In this document: in pieces, positions 26,586 to 36,276 of the stretch | Layout: each line of letters opens with the position of its first letter | Numbering within the stretch: the first letter of the stretch is position 1 | Source of the DNA: Candidatus Nomurabacteria bacterium | GTDB lineage: Bacteria > Patescibacteriota > Minisyncoccia > Phycocordibacterales > UBA9973 | Direction of reading: 5' to 3' | DNA length: 64,000 nt | Assembly (NCBI GenBank): GCA_026396065.1 | Contig: JAPLXO010000003.1 | Location: forward strand, 1,304-65,303 | The notes under the pieces: model-generated | What the model was told of the DNA's origin: nothing | Database searches by the model: none | Seen by the model: the letters and a program-made list of their open reading frames with translations, nothing else | Made by a program: the position numbers and the translations under genes

Positions 26586-27131
26586 ATGGAAAATTTTAAT
26601 CCAGCAAAAAAGAATGACCCCAAAAAGGAACCTATGTCAAGAAAAGTATCTAATTTTGTTAAAGCCACACTATTATCTAAATTACTAAATAATAGTAAAA
26701 TAGATGAAACTTTAGCAAATAATCTATACGCCAATCGTATATTAGAAGAAGAACGAATTGCACCCAATAAATCTTTTTCAGGACTTACTCCTTCTTTACC
26801 CGAAGGAACCAATATAATTGACGTTTGGGGTTCTCATTTTGCAAATATTGGGGATAAAATGTATTACATTAGAGAATTTAAAAAGGGTTTTGATCTTATA
26901 GACAATACTAAAGATTTTATACCGGAGAAGTGGCTTTCTCGTCGTGAGAACAAAAGAAGAGCTGATCTTCAAAAAAAATATGGTCTTTCTGCTACCACCG
27001 AAGCAATTCCTCAAAATGAATTTTATCGTTACGATGAATCTATCGGTGATTTAGATGATTGGATTATTCATAATGATAAGGGGCAAATAAAAAAAATACC
27101 AGATCAGGTGAAGATGAAACATGGTGGCTAA
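26586..27131 (+). CDS. hypothetical protein (181 aa)
   Basis: ORF. Possibly the N-terminal part of a frameshifted gene together with 27152..27457. Confidence 0.4.
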   Translation: MENFNPAKKNDPKKEPMSRKVSNFVKATLLSKLLNNSKIDETLANNLYANRILEEERIAPNKSFSGLTPSLPEGTNIIDVWGSHFANIGDKMYYIREFKKGFDLIDNTKDFIPEKWLSRRENKRRADLQKKYGLSATTEAIPQNEFYRYDESIGDLDDWIIHNDKGQIKKIPDQVKMKHGG

Positions 27132-27151
27132 AAGGAGAACCTTACAAGGGG

Positions 27152-27457
27152 ATGGTAAAGCGTTCCTTGCTTGATCAACCAGAAGGTAGGCATTTATTTG
27201 CAAAACAATCCGCGTTAGAAGCTTCAATAGGCAGACCACTAGACCAACACAGGGAATTAATAGGAGACATAATAAAAAAAGGAGACATAAAAGATGGTGG
27301 GATAACCTTAACTCCTACATCAGAAGCAGATTTACCAAAGATAGAAGGGTTAAAATCATTTACCTATAATCCTATAACAAAATCTATGGAAAGAGGGATT
27401 TTTCATAATCCTAATAAAATAAAAGATGAAAAAGATAGAAATGCAAATCTGGGGTAA
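27152..27457 (+). CDS. hypothetical protein (101 aa)
   Basis: ORF in a different frame from 26586..27131. Both frames are open across an A8 tract at 27089-27096. Confidence 0.35.
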   Translation: MVKRSLLDQPEGRHLFAKQSALEASIGRPLDQHRELIGDIIKKGDIKDGGITLTPTSEADLPKIEGLKSFTYNPITKSMERGIFHNPNKIKDEKDRNANLG

Positions 27458-27593
27458 AAAATTTGACAATCAATTAGCTATATGCTATTCTGTATTTATC
27501 AATCTCACCTAATTATTTTAACGAGACTGACCTTTGTGGAAATCAATTATGACTTTTGTGTCGTGGAATTGGTTACCATGACAAAAAAGAAAT

Positions 27594-28985
27594 ATGATGA
27601 ACAAACGCAGTTTCGCGCGTCCGGCTTCGGCCCGACCGCATAGTTCTTCTTCTCGTCCGGCTCACGCTCCTAGTAGTAGACCACATAGTGCTCCTCACCA
27701 CGCAAGTGGTAGTGTAGCTCACCGCCCATCAGCTAAACCAGCTTTTGGTTCTCGACCTCATGTTGGTGCGTCAGGTGGTAGAACATTTAGTCGACCAAGC
27801 TTTAAAGGCCGAAGTAATTTCGGTGCGAAAAGAAGCGGTGGATTTGGAGGAGGTGGAGGAGGCAAGAAAAGATTTGGCGGTGAACGTATCGACGTTTCTC
27901 GCTTTATCAAAAAAGCAGTCAAAGTAGAAGAGAAGCCATATGTTTCAAAACACACTTTTGCTGATTTTCCTTTTGATCCAATAATTCAAAAAAATATCGC
28001 TAAGAAAGAATATATTCACCCTCGTCCAATTCAAGACCAAGCTATTCCTTCTGTCCTTGCAGGTAAAGACGTCTTTGGTATGGCAAATACAGGACAAGGA
28101 AAGACTGCAGCATTCTTACTTCCACTTATAAATAAAGTAATGAAAAATAGAGAAGAGAAAGTACTCGTACTTGCTCCTACTCGTGAGCTCGCAATGCAAA
28201 TCGAAGAAGACCTGCGCTCTATGGCGACAGGATCAAAACTTTTCGGTGTGTGTGTAGTCGGTGGTATGCCGATTGATAAACAAATTCGCGAAATAAAACA
28301 CGGAGTGTCATTCGTAATCGGTACGCCGGGACGCGTGATGGACCTCATTAAAAGAAAAGTCCTCGACCTCGCTCCATACAAATCCGTCGTCCTCGACGAA
28401 GCTGACCGTATGCTCGACATGGGATTTCGTGATGACATGGTTTCCATTTTAGGAAAAATGGATAAAAATCGTCAGACACTTTTCTTCTCTGCGACACTTT
28501 CTCCAGAAATTAAAAAATTAACTTCAGACTTTTTGAAAGATCCAGTCTTCATCTCTGTCACGACAGGGGAGACTTCAAAAAATATTGATCAAGATGTAGT
28601 GCGCTATAATTCCAAAGAAAATCGTTTTGATAAACTTGTAGAAGTTTTAAAGAATGATGGTTCTGATAAAGTGCTCATCTTCCGCGAAATGAAACATGCG
28701 TGTGATACTATCACAAAAGAGCTTTCCGACGCTGGTTTCAAAGTCGGCTGTATTCACGGCGACAAACGTAGTCGCGATCGCATCCGCACGCTCGACCTTT
28801 TCAAGCAAGATAAAATAAATATCCTCGTTGCGACCGATGTCGCAGCCCGTGGACTTGATATTCCAGATGTGACTCACGTTATCAACTATGATATTCCACA
28901 AACCTACGACACCTACGTCCACCGTATCGGTCGAACCGGCCGTGCTGATAAAAAAGGAAATGCACTTACTTTTGTGCCACAATAA
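27594..28985 (+). CDS. DEAD-box ATP-dependent RNA helicase with N-terminal Arg/Ser/Gly-rich low-complexity extension
   Basis: Q-motif FADFPF...IQ, GKTAAF (motif I), PTRELAMQ, DEAD (VLDEADRMLDMGF), SAT and HRIGRTGRA. Confidence 0.9.
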   Translation: MMNKRSFARPASARPHSSSSRPAHAPSSRPHSAPHHASGSVAHRPSAKPAFGSRPHVGASGGRTFSRPSFKGRSNFGAKRSGGFGGGGGGKKRFGGERIDVSRFIKKAVKVEEKPYVSKHTFADFPFDPIIQKNIAKKEYIHPRPIQDQAIPSVLAGKDVFGMANTGQGKTAAFLLPLINKVMKNREEKVLVLAPTRELAMQIEEDLRSMATGSKLFGVCVVGGMPIDKQIREIKHGVSFVIGTPGRVMDLIKRKVLDLAPYKSVVLDEADRMLDMGFRDDMVSILGKMDKNRQTLFFSATLSPEIKKLTSDFLKDPVFISVTTGETSKNIDQDVVRYNSKENRFDKLVEVLKNDGSDKVLIFREMKHACDTITKELSDAGFKVGCIHGDKRSRDRIRTLDLFKQDKINILVATDVAARGLDIPDVTHVINYDIPQTYDTYVHRIGRTGRADKKGNALTFVPQ

Positions 28986-28997
28986 AAATTTAAAAAT

Positions 28998-29032
28998 AAG
29001 CAAAAAGCGGACTATAGTCCGCTTTTTGCTTA
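28998..29032 (+). terminator. rho-independent terminator
   Basis: AAGCAAAAAGCGGACtataGTCCGCTTTTTGCTT. Confidence 0.65.
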
Positions 29033-29115
29033 TTTAGTTTTTGTGTTAAAATGGGGCTATGATTTAGTGAACTCCAAAACCTTATTATTACTTACTTAAT
29101 TTAACTATTTTTACT

Positions 29116-30288
29116 ATGAAAGATACACAAATAAAAAAACTAATACAATTAGAGGGGAAGAGACAAAAGAGCGTCATAAACCTAATTGCTTCGGAGAATT
29201 ATGTTTCCAAAGATGTTTTGGAAGCTCTCGGTTCAGTACTTACAAATAAATACGCAGAAGGGTACCCAGGCCGTCGATATTACGGCGGAAATGAAATTAT
29301 CGATAAAGTTGAAAGTTTGGCAATTGCTCGAGCTTTAAAACTTTTCAAATTAAAAACTGACGCATGGCATGTGAATGTTCAGCTCCTTTCAGGAAGTCCA
29401 GCGAATTTTGCATTATATTCTGCTTTAATTCCACTTGGTGGAAAAATAATGGGAATGAAATTATCTTCTGGGGGGCACCTTACTCATGGTTATCCACTTT
29501 CGATGACAGGAAAACTTTGGAAATCTGTTCAATACGAAGTCGATCCGAAAATGGAAGTGATAGATTATTCTGCTGTTGAAAAATTGGCACTGCAAGAAAA
29601 ACCAGATATTATTGTTTGTGGTTATACTGCTTATCCACGAACTGTGGACTTCAAAAAATTCCGAGTGATTGCTGATAAATGCGGAGCACTGCTTCACGTA
29701 GACATGTCGCATTTCGCAGGGCTCGTCGCAGGGGGAGTATACCCATCTCCATTTCTATATGCCGACAGTGTGATGACGACAACTCACAAATCTCTACGTG
29801 GTCCGAGACAAGCGATTCTCTTTGTAAAAAAAGACGAGAGAGGATTCGACAAGAAACTCGACAAGATGGTTATTCCTGGACTCTTTGGTGGACCGCATGA
29901 AAATAATATTGCTGGAGTTGCGATTGCACTCAAAGAAGCCGACACTCCAGCCTTTAAAAAATATGCAAAACAAGTTGTAAAAAACGCACAAACACTTTCA
30001 AAAGAATTACAAAAACTTGGTTGGAAAATTATTTCTGGCGGTACCGATTCACATTTGATATTAATGGAAACTTTTCTATCAGGGGGAATTTCTGGCGCTG
30101 AAGCTAGTAAAAAACTCGAGAAAGCTGGGATTATTGTAAACATGAATACTGTCCCAGGGGACACACGAGGTGTGATGGATCCATCTGGTATTCGACTAGG
30201 CACTTGCGCAGAGACAACAATAGGGAAAAAAGAAAAAGATATGATTAAGATTGCACAAAAGATGAACAAGGTCTTAAGAAGGAAATAA
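29116..30288 (+). CDS. glyA: serine hydroxymethyltransferase
   Basis: LIASENYVSKDVLEALGS...YPGRRYYGG; PLP-Lys region TTTHKSLRGPR. Confidence 0.9.
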   Translation: MKDTQIKKLIQLEGKRQKSVINLIASENYVSKDVLEALGSVLTNKYAEGYPGRRYYGGNEIIDKVESLAIARALKLFKLKTDAWHVNVQLLSGSPANFALYSALIPLGGKIMGMKLSSGGHLTHGYPLSMTGKLWKSVQYEVDPKMEVIDYSAVEKLALQEKPDIIVCGYTAYPRTVDFKKFRVIADKCGALLHVDMSHFAGLVAGGVYPSPFLYADSVMTTTHKSLRGPRQAILFVKKDERGFDKKLDKMVIPGLFGGPHENNIAGVAIALKEADTPAFKKYAKQVVKNAQTLSKELQKLGWKIISGGTDSHLILMETFLSGGISGAEASKKLEKAGIIVNMNTVPGDTRGVMDPSGIRLGTCAETTIGKKEKDMIKIAQKMNKVLRRK

Positions 30289-30292
30289 AAAA

Positions 30293-30946
30293 ATGTCAGA
30301 AATAATAAATACATATAGTTTAGATAATCCTTACAATATGATTCCGATGGATCGTGGTGAGTTTTATCGTGAGCAAGTCGAAATATTTAAAAAAGAAGGT
30401 AAGGCTACTAAAGCAGTTGAAATAGTAAATATTTTGATTTTTAATTCTCATGGAGAATTGATAATTCAAAAACGTTCTTTTAACAAAGCTCATAATGCTG
30501 GGCTTTTAGATAAATCTGTCGGTGGTCATATTAAAAATGGAGATACACCAGATTATACTGTTATGGTTGAGACAATACAGGAACTTCAAACCCCTTCAAT
30601 TGTTTTGAAAGATCAAGAAGATTTTAATAAAACCTATTTATTATTAAAGGATTATCTAGAAACTATTGCTATTATTTCTCATTTGCATACAGGTCTTATT
30701 AGTCCGATTAAAATAGTGAATAACGAAAAGATTCCAATTGCAAATAAGGTTCATATTTATATGGGTGTTTATGATGGTCGCATAAGACCGGTTGATAGAG
30801 AAGCAAAAGGTATACTCTTTTATTCTCTAGCTGAGCTTGAGTCGGAAATGCAAAAAACACCAGAAGTTTTCACTGATGATTTGCATTTAATTATGAAACA
30901 ATTTAAAGATGAAATTAAAAATTTCGTAGAATATATTACTAAATAA
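30293..30946 (+). CDS. Nudix-like hydrolase with a degenerate Nudix box
   Basis: GGHIKNGDTPDYTVMVETIQELQ approximates Gx5Ex7REUxEExGU. Resembles the IPP-isomerase/Nudix fold. Confidence 0.3.
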   Translation: MSEIINTYSLDNPYNMIPMDRGEFYREQVEIFKKEGKATKAVEIVNILIFNSHGELIIQKRSFNKAHNAGLLDKSVGGHIKNGDTPDYTVMVETIQELQTPSIVLKDQEDFNKTYLLLKDYLETIAIISHLHTGLISPIKIVNNEKIPIANKVHIYMGVYDGRIRPVDREAKGILFYSLAELESEMQKTPEVFTDDLHLIMKQFKDEIKNFVEYITK

Positions 30947-30947
30947 A

Positions 30948-31427
30948 ATGTCTGAAATAAAATTTACTCCAAAAGGAATTAAAGAAAGAGGTGGAAAAGA
31001 AATTAAAAAAGAAGATTGTTCTTTCGTTATTTCTGAAACTAAAAGTTTATTGGGTGATAAAGACAAAGCAACCTCTATCGAACTCTTTGATAAAAAATTA
31101 CAGGTTGGAAGTGTCTTAATTGAAGAGTTGAATGATAAGGAGTTGGGAAAACAATATGTACAATTAAGGTTTGTTGGCATTGGTCCTGACTATCAAGGTG
31201 GTAATGCTTCATTGATACTTTATGAAAAGTCTATAGAGTATGCTGAATCTTTAAATAAAAAATTACTTTTTGATAGTAGTCTCACTGTTCCTGCCTATAA
31301 AAGTTTTAAAAAACTAGAAGAGCTTGGATATAAAGTAATTGAAAATCCAGAAGCACAATTTAATGGAAATTTTTATAGAGCTCCAAAAAGCTGGGTATTA
31401 AGAGTCGAAAGGGTTAATAAAAAATAA
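30948..31427 (+). CDS. hypothetical protein, possible GNAT-like acetyltransferase
   Basis: VGIGPDYQGGNASLILYEKSIEYAE resembles GNAT motif A. Weak. Confidence 0.3.
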   Translation: MSEIKFTPKGIKERGGKEIKKEDCSFVISETKSLLGDKDKATSIELFDKKLQVGSVLIEELNDKELGKQYVQLRFVGIGPDYQGGNASLILYEKSIEYAESLNKKLLFDSSLTVPAYKSFKKLEELGYKVIENPEAQFNGNFYRAPKSWVLRVERVNKK

Positions 31428-31431
31428 TTTT

Positions 31432-32022
31432 ATGGAAAATGAAAAAATTGCGATTGATATAGTTTTGCTTTTGCCACCTGAAATTGTGGAGAAGTGTATT
31501 TTTGTAAATTCACAATTAGATAATTCTGGTTACGTTTCTTTTACTAATGGATACAATCCACATATTACTTTGGGAATGGGTTGTATTTTTAAAAAAGATT
31601 TGGATATTGTGAAAAACAAAATACAAAAACTTTCAGAAAAAATTAAACCATTAAATTTAACGACTTCAGGTTATTCTGGCGAAAGGACTTTTGGTTTTGC
31701 GATAGAAAAAAATTCTGAATTGATGACGATGCACGACGAAGCAATTTCTTTGTTAAAAGAAATTGCTTCGTATGGAGATGCCACTTATGAAATGTTTAAT
31801 GAAAGTGAAAAAGTGAAAGATGATCCAGGGCTTGTGAAATGGGTTAGTAATTTCGTCATAGAACATTCAGGTGAACTTTATGATCCACATATTAGTTTAG
31901 GTAAAGGAGATAAGCCAAAGACAGATTTTCCTATTAGTTTTACAGTAAATAAAATCGGATTATTTCATATAGGCCAGCGGGGAAGTTGTAAAGAAAAATT
32001 AGCAGAGTTTATGTTAGAATAA
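31432..32022 (+). CDS. 2H phosphoesterase family protein (LigT/ThpR-like)
   Basis: Two H-x-[TS]-x motifs: PHITLGM and PHISLGK. Confidence 0.5.
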   Translation: MENEKIAIDIVLLLPPEIVEKCIFVNSQLDNSGYVSFTNGYNPHITLGMGCIFKKDLDIVKNKIQKLSEKIKPLNLTTSGYSGERTFGFAIEKNSELMTMHDEAISLLKEIASYGDATYEMFNESEKVKDDPGLVKWVSNFVIEHSGELYDPHISLGKGDKPKTDFPISFTVNKIGLFHIGQRGSCKEKLAEFMLE

Positions 32023-32026
32023 AATT

Positions 32027-32725
32027 ATGGAACTAAAAGATAAAATAGTAGTAATAACAGGGGGAAGTGAAGGGTTGGGCAAGACTCTTGCACAGTATTT
32101 TCATAACGAAGGATCAAAAGTAATAATTTCTTCTAAGAATAAAGAAGAACTTGAAAAATCTGCAAATGAAATAGGGATAGATTATTTTGTTGCAGATGTG
32201 ACAAAAGAAGATGAAATGGAAAAGCTTGTTGAGTTTGCTTTGCAGAAATATAACACTTTAGATGTTTGGGTAAATAATGCTGGAGTTTTGTATTCATTCT
32301 TATCTGAAGATAAATATATAGATGTAGCGAAAGCAAAAGAAATGTTTGATGTAAATTTTTTCGGGACAATATTTGGCTCAAGACAAGCTTTAAAAAAAAT
32401 GAAATCTGTAAATAGTGGCGCAATAATAAACATTATTTCCACCGCTGCTCTGGATGCTACAAAAGCTAAGAATTTAAAGATATATTTTGCTAGTAAATGG
32501 GCTGTGCGTGCTTATACGGAAGCATTAAATGAAGAATATAAAAATTCTGGAATTTCCATTTTTGCTGTTTATCCTGGTGGTATAAAAACTAAACTATGGA
32601 GAAATTACAAGCATGAGAAATTTGATGAGTTTATGGCACTAGAGTATGTGGCTGATATCATAATAAATAATTTAAAATCTGATAACCCAGAACATAGTTT
32701 AATTATTAAAAGACCAACAGCATAA
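32027..32725 (+). CDS. short-chain dehydrogenase/reductase (SDR)
   Basis: VVITGGSEGLGKT (TGxxxGxG), NNAG, YFASKWA (YxxxK). Confidence 0.85.
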   Translation: MELKDKIVVITGGSEGLGKTLAQYFHNEGSKVIISSKNKEELEKSANEIGIDYFVADVTKEDEMEKLVEFALQKYNTLDVWVNNAGVLYSFLSEDKYIDVAKAKEMFDVNFFGTIFGSRQALKKMKSVNSGAIINIISTAALDATKAKNLKIYFASKWAVRAYTEALNEEYKNSGISIFAVYPGGIKTKLWRNYKHEKFDEFMALEYVADIIINNLKSDNPEHSLIIKRPTA

Positions 32726-32764
32726 TACTAGCCACTTTAGTTAACTAAAGTAGAAAATGAAAAA

Positions 32765-33634
32765 ATGAAAATTCCAACTAAAAAATTAAAAAATGGATTT
32801 GAAATACCTGTATATGGGCTAGGTACTTGGCAAATGGGTGGACGAGAAAATCACAATCTTGAAAATGATGACAACAAAGATATTCAAGGGATTAAAGATG
32901 CTATTAATAATGGTATAACTCACATAGATACAGCAGAAAAATACGCAGAAGGGTATACCGAAATTTTAGTTGGTAAAGCAATTAAAGAATTTGATCGCTC
33001 TAAATTATTTTTAGTGTCAAAAGTTAGAAAAGAAAATTTAAAATATGATGATGTTATTAATGCTTGCAAGAAAAGTTTAGAAAGACTGCAAACTGATTAT
33101 TTAGATCTTTATCTAATTCATTTTTATAATCCTGAAGTCCCTTTTGAAGATACAATGAGAGCCATGGATTTCTTAAAAGAAAGTGGATTGATAAAAAATA
33201 TTGGGGTTTGTAATTTTACTAAAGAGCGTTTAGCTGAGGCACAAAGTTATACAAAGAATAAAATTGTTTGCAACCAAGTGCATTACAACTTAATTTTTCG
33301 AGAACCAGAAAGAAAATGTTTATTAGAATATTGTCAGAATAATGACGTATTTTTGAATGCTTGGCGTCCAATTCAGTATGGTGATTTGTTGGAAAATATT
33401 CCTCCAATTCTTTCTGAAATGTGTGATAAATATAAAAAAACTCCAGCACAAATTGCCTTTAACTGGCTTATTTCTCAACCTTATGTGATTCTGATATCAA
33501 AGACAAATAATCATGAACATCTTGAAGAAAATCTAGGAGCATTGGGTTGGGAAATGGAAAAAGAAGATATAGAACGTTTGAGAAATGAGTTTCCAAATCA
33601 AAAAGATATTTCTAATGCAGTTCCGTTAGGATAA
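32765..33634 (+). CDS. aldo/keto reductase
   Basis: GLGTWQMGG...ITHIDTAEKYAEG...YLDLYLIHF. Confidence 0.85.
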   Translation: MKIPTKKLKNGFEIPVYGLGTWQMGGRENHNLENDDNKDIQGIKDAINNGITHIDTAEKYAEGYTEILVGKAIKEFDRSKLFLVSKVRKENLKYDDVINACKKSLERLQTDYLDLYLIHFYNPEVPFEDTMRAMDFLKESGLIKNIGVCNFTKERLAEAQSYTKNKIVCNQVHYNLIFREPERKCLLEYCQNNDVFLNAWRPIQYGDLLENIPPILSEMCDKYKKTPAQIAFNWLISQPYVILISKTNNHEHLEENLGALGWEMEKEDIERLRNEFPNQKDISNAVPLG

Positions 33635-33679
33635 ATTTATGGGAAATAAGTTTATTTTTCTCGTGCTATAATACTCCTT

Positions 33680-34690
33680 ATGATTACAGGTACAATTATT
33701 TTAGTGGCTATATTCCTTGCTTTTTCAGGGATATTTTCAGGTTTGGCCATTGCTTATATGAGTCTCGATTTGGGGTTTCTCAATCGTTTAGTAAAACAGG
33801 GTAATGCAGATGCAAAGACAGTATTAGAACTGAGATCTTCCGGAATGAGACTTTTAACCACTCTTATTTTAGGTACTACACTTGCAAATGCTTTCGCTAC
33901 AATTTTAATTGGGGATCATTTTTCTGGATTTGTAGCTAGTATTATTTCTGCAATTTTAATTTTTCTTTTGGCAGATGTTTTACCACAGGCTTTTGCTTCG
34001 AGGCGTGCACTTCGTTTTGGAGCAATATGTGCTCCTTTAATAAGAGCAACACTTTTTATTTTTTATCCTATTACTCAACCAGTCTCTTTTATTTTAAGAA
34101 AAGTTTTAGGTGAAGAACAAATAGCAAAACTTTCAAAAATGGATTTGCTTTCAATGATTGATGATAGCCAAACTACTACCAATGTAGCAGGTGTAGATAA
34201 TGATGAACGTAGAATTATGCGTGGTTCACTTTTGTTTTCTGATAAAAAAGTAGATAGTGTTTTGACACCAAATACAGTAGTGAAAACTATTCCACACACT
34301 GATACTTTGACTCAAGAGAAAATTTTAGAATTAAAGGAATCTGGATACTCTCGTATTCCGGTATCAGCCGATGACCCAAATCATTTTGTAGGTATTCTTT
34401 ATTTAAAAGATTTGATTGGGCTCGTCGCACCTATCTCAGTTAGAGAGGTGATGGATAATACAGTTCATTTTGTTCACACAAATGATCCTCTCGACCGTGT
34501 GCTTACAGAATTCATTGATACAAAGATGCATTTATTTGTCGTGCTAGATGACTTTGGTGGTTTCGAAGGTATTATTACAATTGAAGATATTGTCGAAGAA
34601 ATTATTGGTCAGGAAATTATGGATGAAGATGATGATATTTCAGATTTACGCCAATTTGCAAAATCCCGCCAAAAAAGAAAAATTGGTTAA
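33680..34690 (+). CDS. CNNM/CorC-family protein (DUF21 membrane domain plus CBS pair)
   Basis: N-terminal TM DUF21, CBS domains, and a C-terminal acidic tail. Confidence 0.8.
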   Translation: MITGTIILVAIFLAFSGIFSGLAIAYMSLDLGFLNRLVKQGNADAKTVLELRSSGMRLLTTLILGTTLANAFATILIGDHFSGFVASIISAILIFLLADVLPQAFASRRALRFGAICAPLIRATLFIFYPITQPVSFILRKVLGEEQIAKLSKMDLLSMIDDSQTTTNVAGVDNDERRIMRGSLLFSDKKVDSVLTPNTVVKTIPHTDTLTQEKILELKESGYSRIPVSADDPNHFVGILYLKDLIGLVAPISVREVMDNTVHFVHTNDPLDRVLTEFIDTKMHLFVVLDDFGGFEGIITIEDIVEEIIGQEIMDEDDDISDLRQFAKSRQKRKIG

Positions 34691-34701
34691 AAAATATAAT
34701 T

Positions 34702-35391
34702 ATGAAAAAAGGAAAATTCATAGTAATAGATGGTACAGATGGTAGTGGAAAAGCTACACAGGTAGACTTACTCAAAAAACAATTAACGAAAGATGGTTTT
34801 AAGGTTAAAACCGTTGATTTTCCTGTATATTATAAAAACTTTTTTGGTGCTTTTGTGGGGCATTGTCTTAAAGAGCAATATTACAATTTTATAAAAATTC
34901 ATCCTAAAATCGCATCTGTTTTATATGCAGCTGATAGATGGGAATCATCGGAAGAAATGCGTAAATGGTTGAAATCTGGCTATATAGTAATAGCAAATAG
35001 ATATGTATCTGCAAATCAGATCCATCAAGGTGGAAAAATAACAAATGCAAAAAAGAGGAAAGAGTTTTTAATTTGGCTTGATGAAATGGAATATAAAGTT
35101 TTTGGAATTCCGCGACCAGACCTAGTCATTTATTTGGAAGTCCCAATTAAAATTACTCAAAAATTAATGTCTGGTCGTGGTGGAGATAATACACGTCAAT
35201 ATTTAAATAGAAAAACAGATGTTCATGAGAATGATCCAATTTTTCTAGAAAACTCTAGAAAGAGCGCGTTGAAATTAGTTAAAGAGTTAAATAATTTTGT
35301 AAAAATATCTTGCTCAAAAGAAAATAAAATGTTTACACGTGAAGATATACATAAAAATGTTTACATAGAAGTTAAAAAGATTTTAAAATAA
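34702..35391 (+). CDS. thymidylate kinase-like (deoxy)nucleoside/nucleotide kinase
   Basis: P-loop FIVIDGTDGSGKATQ resembles Tmk FITFEGIDGAGKTTQ. Confidence 0.6.
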   Translation: MKKGKFIVIDGTDGSGKATQVDLLKKQLTKDGFKVKTVDFPVYYKNFFGAFVGHCLKEQYYNFIKIHPKIASVLYAADRWESSEEMRKWLKSGYIVIANRYVSANQIHQGGKITNAKKRKEFLIWLDEMEYKVFGIPRPDLVIYLEVPIKITQKLMSGRGGDNTRQYLNRKTDVHENDPIFLENSRKSALKLVKELNNFVKISCSKENKMFTREDIHKNVYIEVKKILK

Positions 35392-35392
35392 T

Positions 35393-35803
35393 ATGAAAAT
35401 ATATTTTGCTGGATCAATACGCGGGGGAAGAGATGATAAAGATATTTATGCTGAAATTATTTCTTTACTTAAAAAATACGGGGAAGTATTAAGTGAACAT
35501 ATTGGTGACAAAGAACTTTCTAGTTTTGGTCAGACACATATGACTGACTCTGAAATTTATCAGAAAGATATTGGTTGGATTAATGAATCAGATATCATTA
35601 TTGCTGAAGTTACAAACCCATCTACTGGTGTTGGTTACGAATTAGGATATGCTGAATTCTTTTGCAAGAAAATAATCGCATTATATAGACCGATTGAAGG
35701 TAAAAGAATTTCTGCTATGATAAAAGGTAATAGCTATATGACTTGTGTCGAATATAAAGAAGTTCCAGAATTAGTAGAAGTTTTTGATAAATATTTAAAA
35801 TAA
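35393..35803 (+). CDS. 2'-deoxynucleoside 5'-phosphate N-hydrolase (DNPH1/Rcl)-like nucleoside 2-deoxyribosyltransferase family protein
   Basis: MKIYFAGSIRGGRDDKDIYAEIISLLKKYGEVLSEHI closely parallels Rcl YFCGSIRGGREDRTLYERIVSRLRRFGTVLTEHV. Also TNPSTGVGYELGYA. Confidence 0.75.
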   Translation: MKIYFAGSIRGGRDDKDIYAEIISLLKKYGEVLSEHIGDKELSSFGQTHMTDSEIYQKDIGWINESDIIIAEVTNPSTGVGYELGYAEFFCKKIIALYRPIEGKRISAMIKGNSYMTCVEYKEVPELVEVFDKYLK

Positions 35804-36225
35804 TGCAACTAAAAATTAAAAAATTAAAAGAAGATGCAAAATTGCCGAGTTATGCTCATCCGGGGGATGTGGGGCTGGATTTGTATTCAATGGAAAATAT
35901 TGTAATAAAACCAGGCGAAGATATTTTTATCTGGCATGGTTTTGCTCTCGAATTCCCAGAGGGATATTGCGCCTTAGTTATGGATAAAGGAAGTATTTCA
36001 AAAGCCGGTCTTAAAACTATGGGTGGGGTTTTTGATGCAGGGTATAGAGGTGAATATAATACACACCTAGTCAATTTATCAGATAAAGAGTATATTATTG
36101 ATGTTGGTGATAAGGTTGCACAGCTTGTTATTGTTCCCGCTATTATCGCTGATATTGAAGAGGTGAGTGAGCTTTCAGACTCTTCACGTGGGGAAGGAAG
36201 ATTTGGTTCGACTGGAAAGAAATAA
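35803..36225 (+). CDS. dut: dUTP diphosphatase
   Basis: PGDVGLDLYS, GYRGEY and a C-terminal SSRGEGRFGSTG motif. Confidence 0.9.
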   Translation: MQLKIKKLKEDAKLPSYAHPGDVGLDLYSMENIVIKPGEDIFIWHGFALEFPEGYCALVMDKGSISKAGLKTMGGVFDAGYRGEYNTHLVNLSDKEYIIDVGDKVAQLVIVPAIIADIEEVSELSDSSRGEGRFGSTGKK

Positions 36226-36264
36226 ACACCTCACCCCAACCCTCTCCTTATTAAGGAGAGTGGG
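36226..36264. repeat. GC-rich palindromic mini-element, intergenic copy
   Basis: ACACCTCACCCCAACCCTCTCCTTAttAAGGAGAGtGGG. Its first 25 nt are identical to the copy at 42444. Confidence 0.8.
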
Positions 36265-36276
36265 AATTAAATTCAA

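Noticed and set aside
27594-27900. The GC-rich segment as a separate horizontally acquired gene or repeat array.
   Set aside because: It is continuous in frame with the helicase Q motif and shows no repeat structure at the DNA level beyond low-complexity codons.
28031-28447. ORF 28031..28447 (-), 138 aa.
   Set aside because: It is antisense within the DEAD-box helicase gene.
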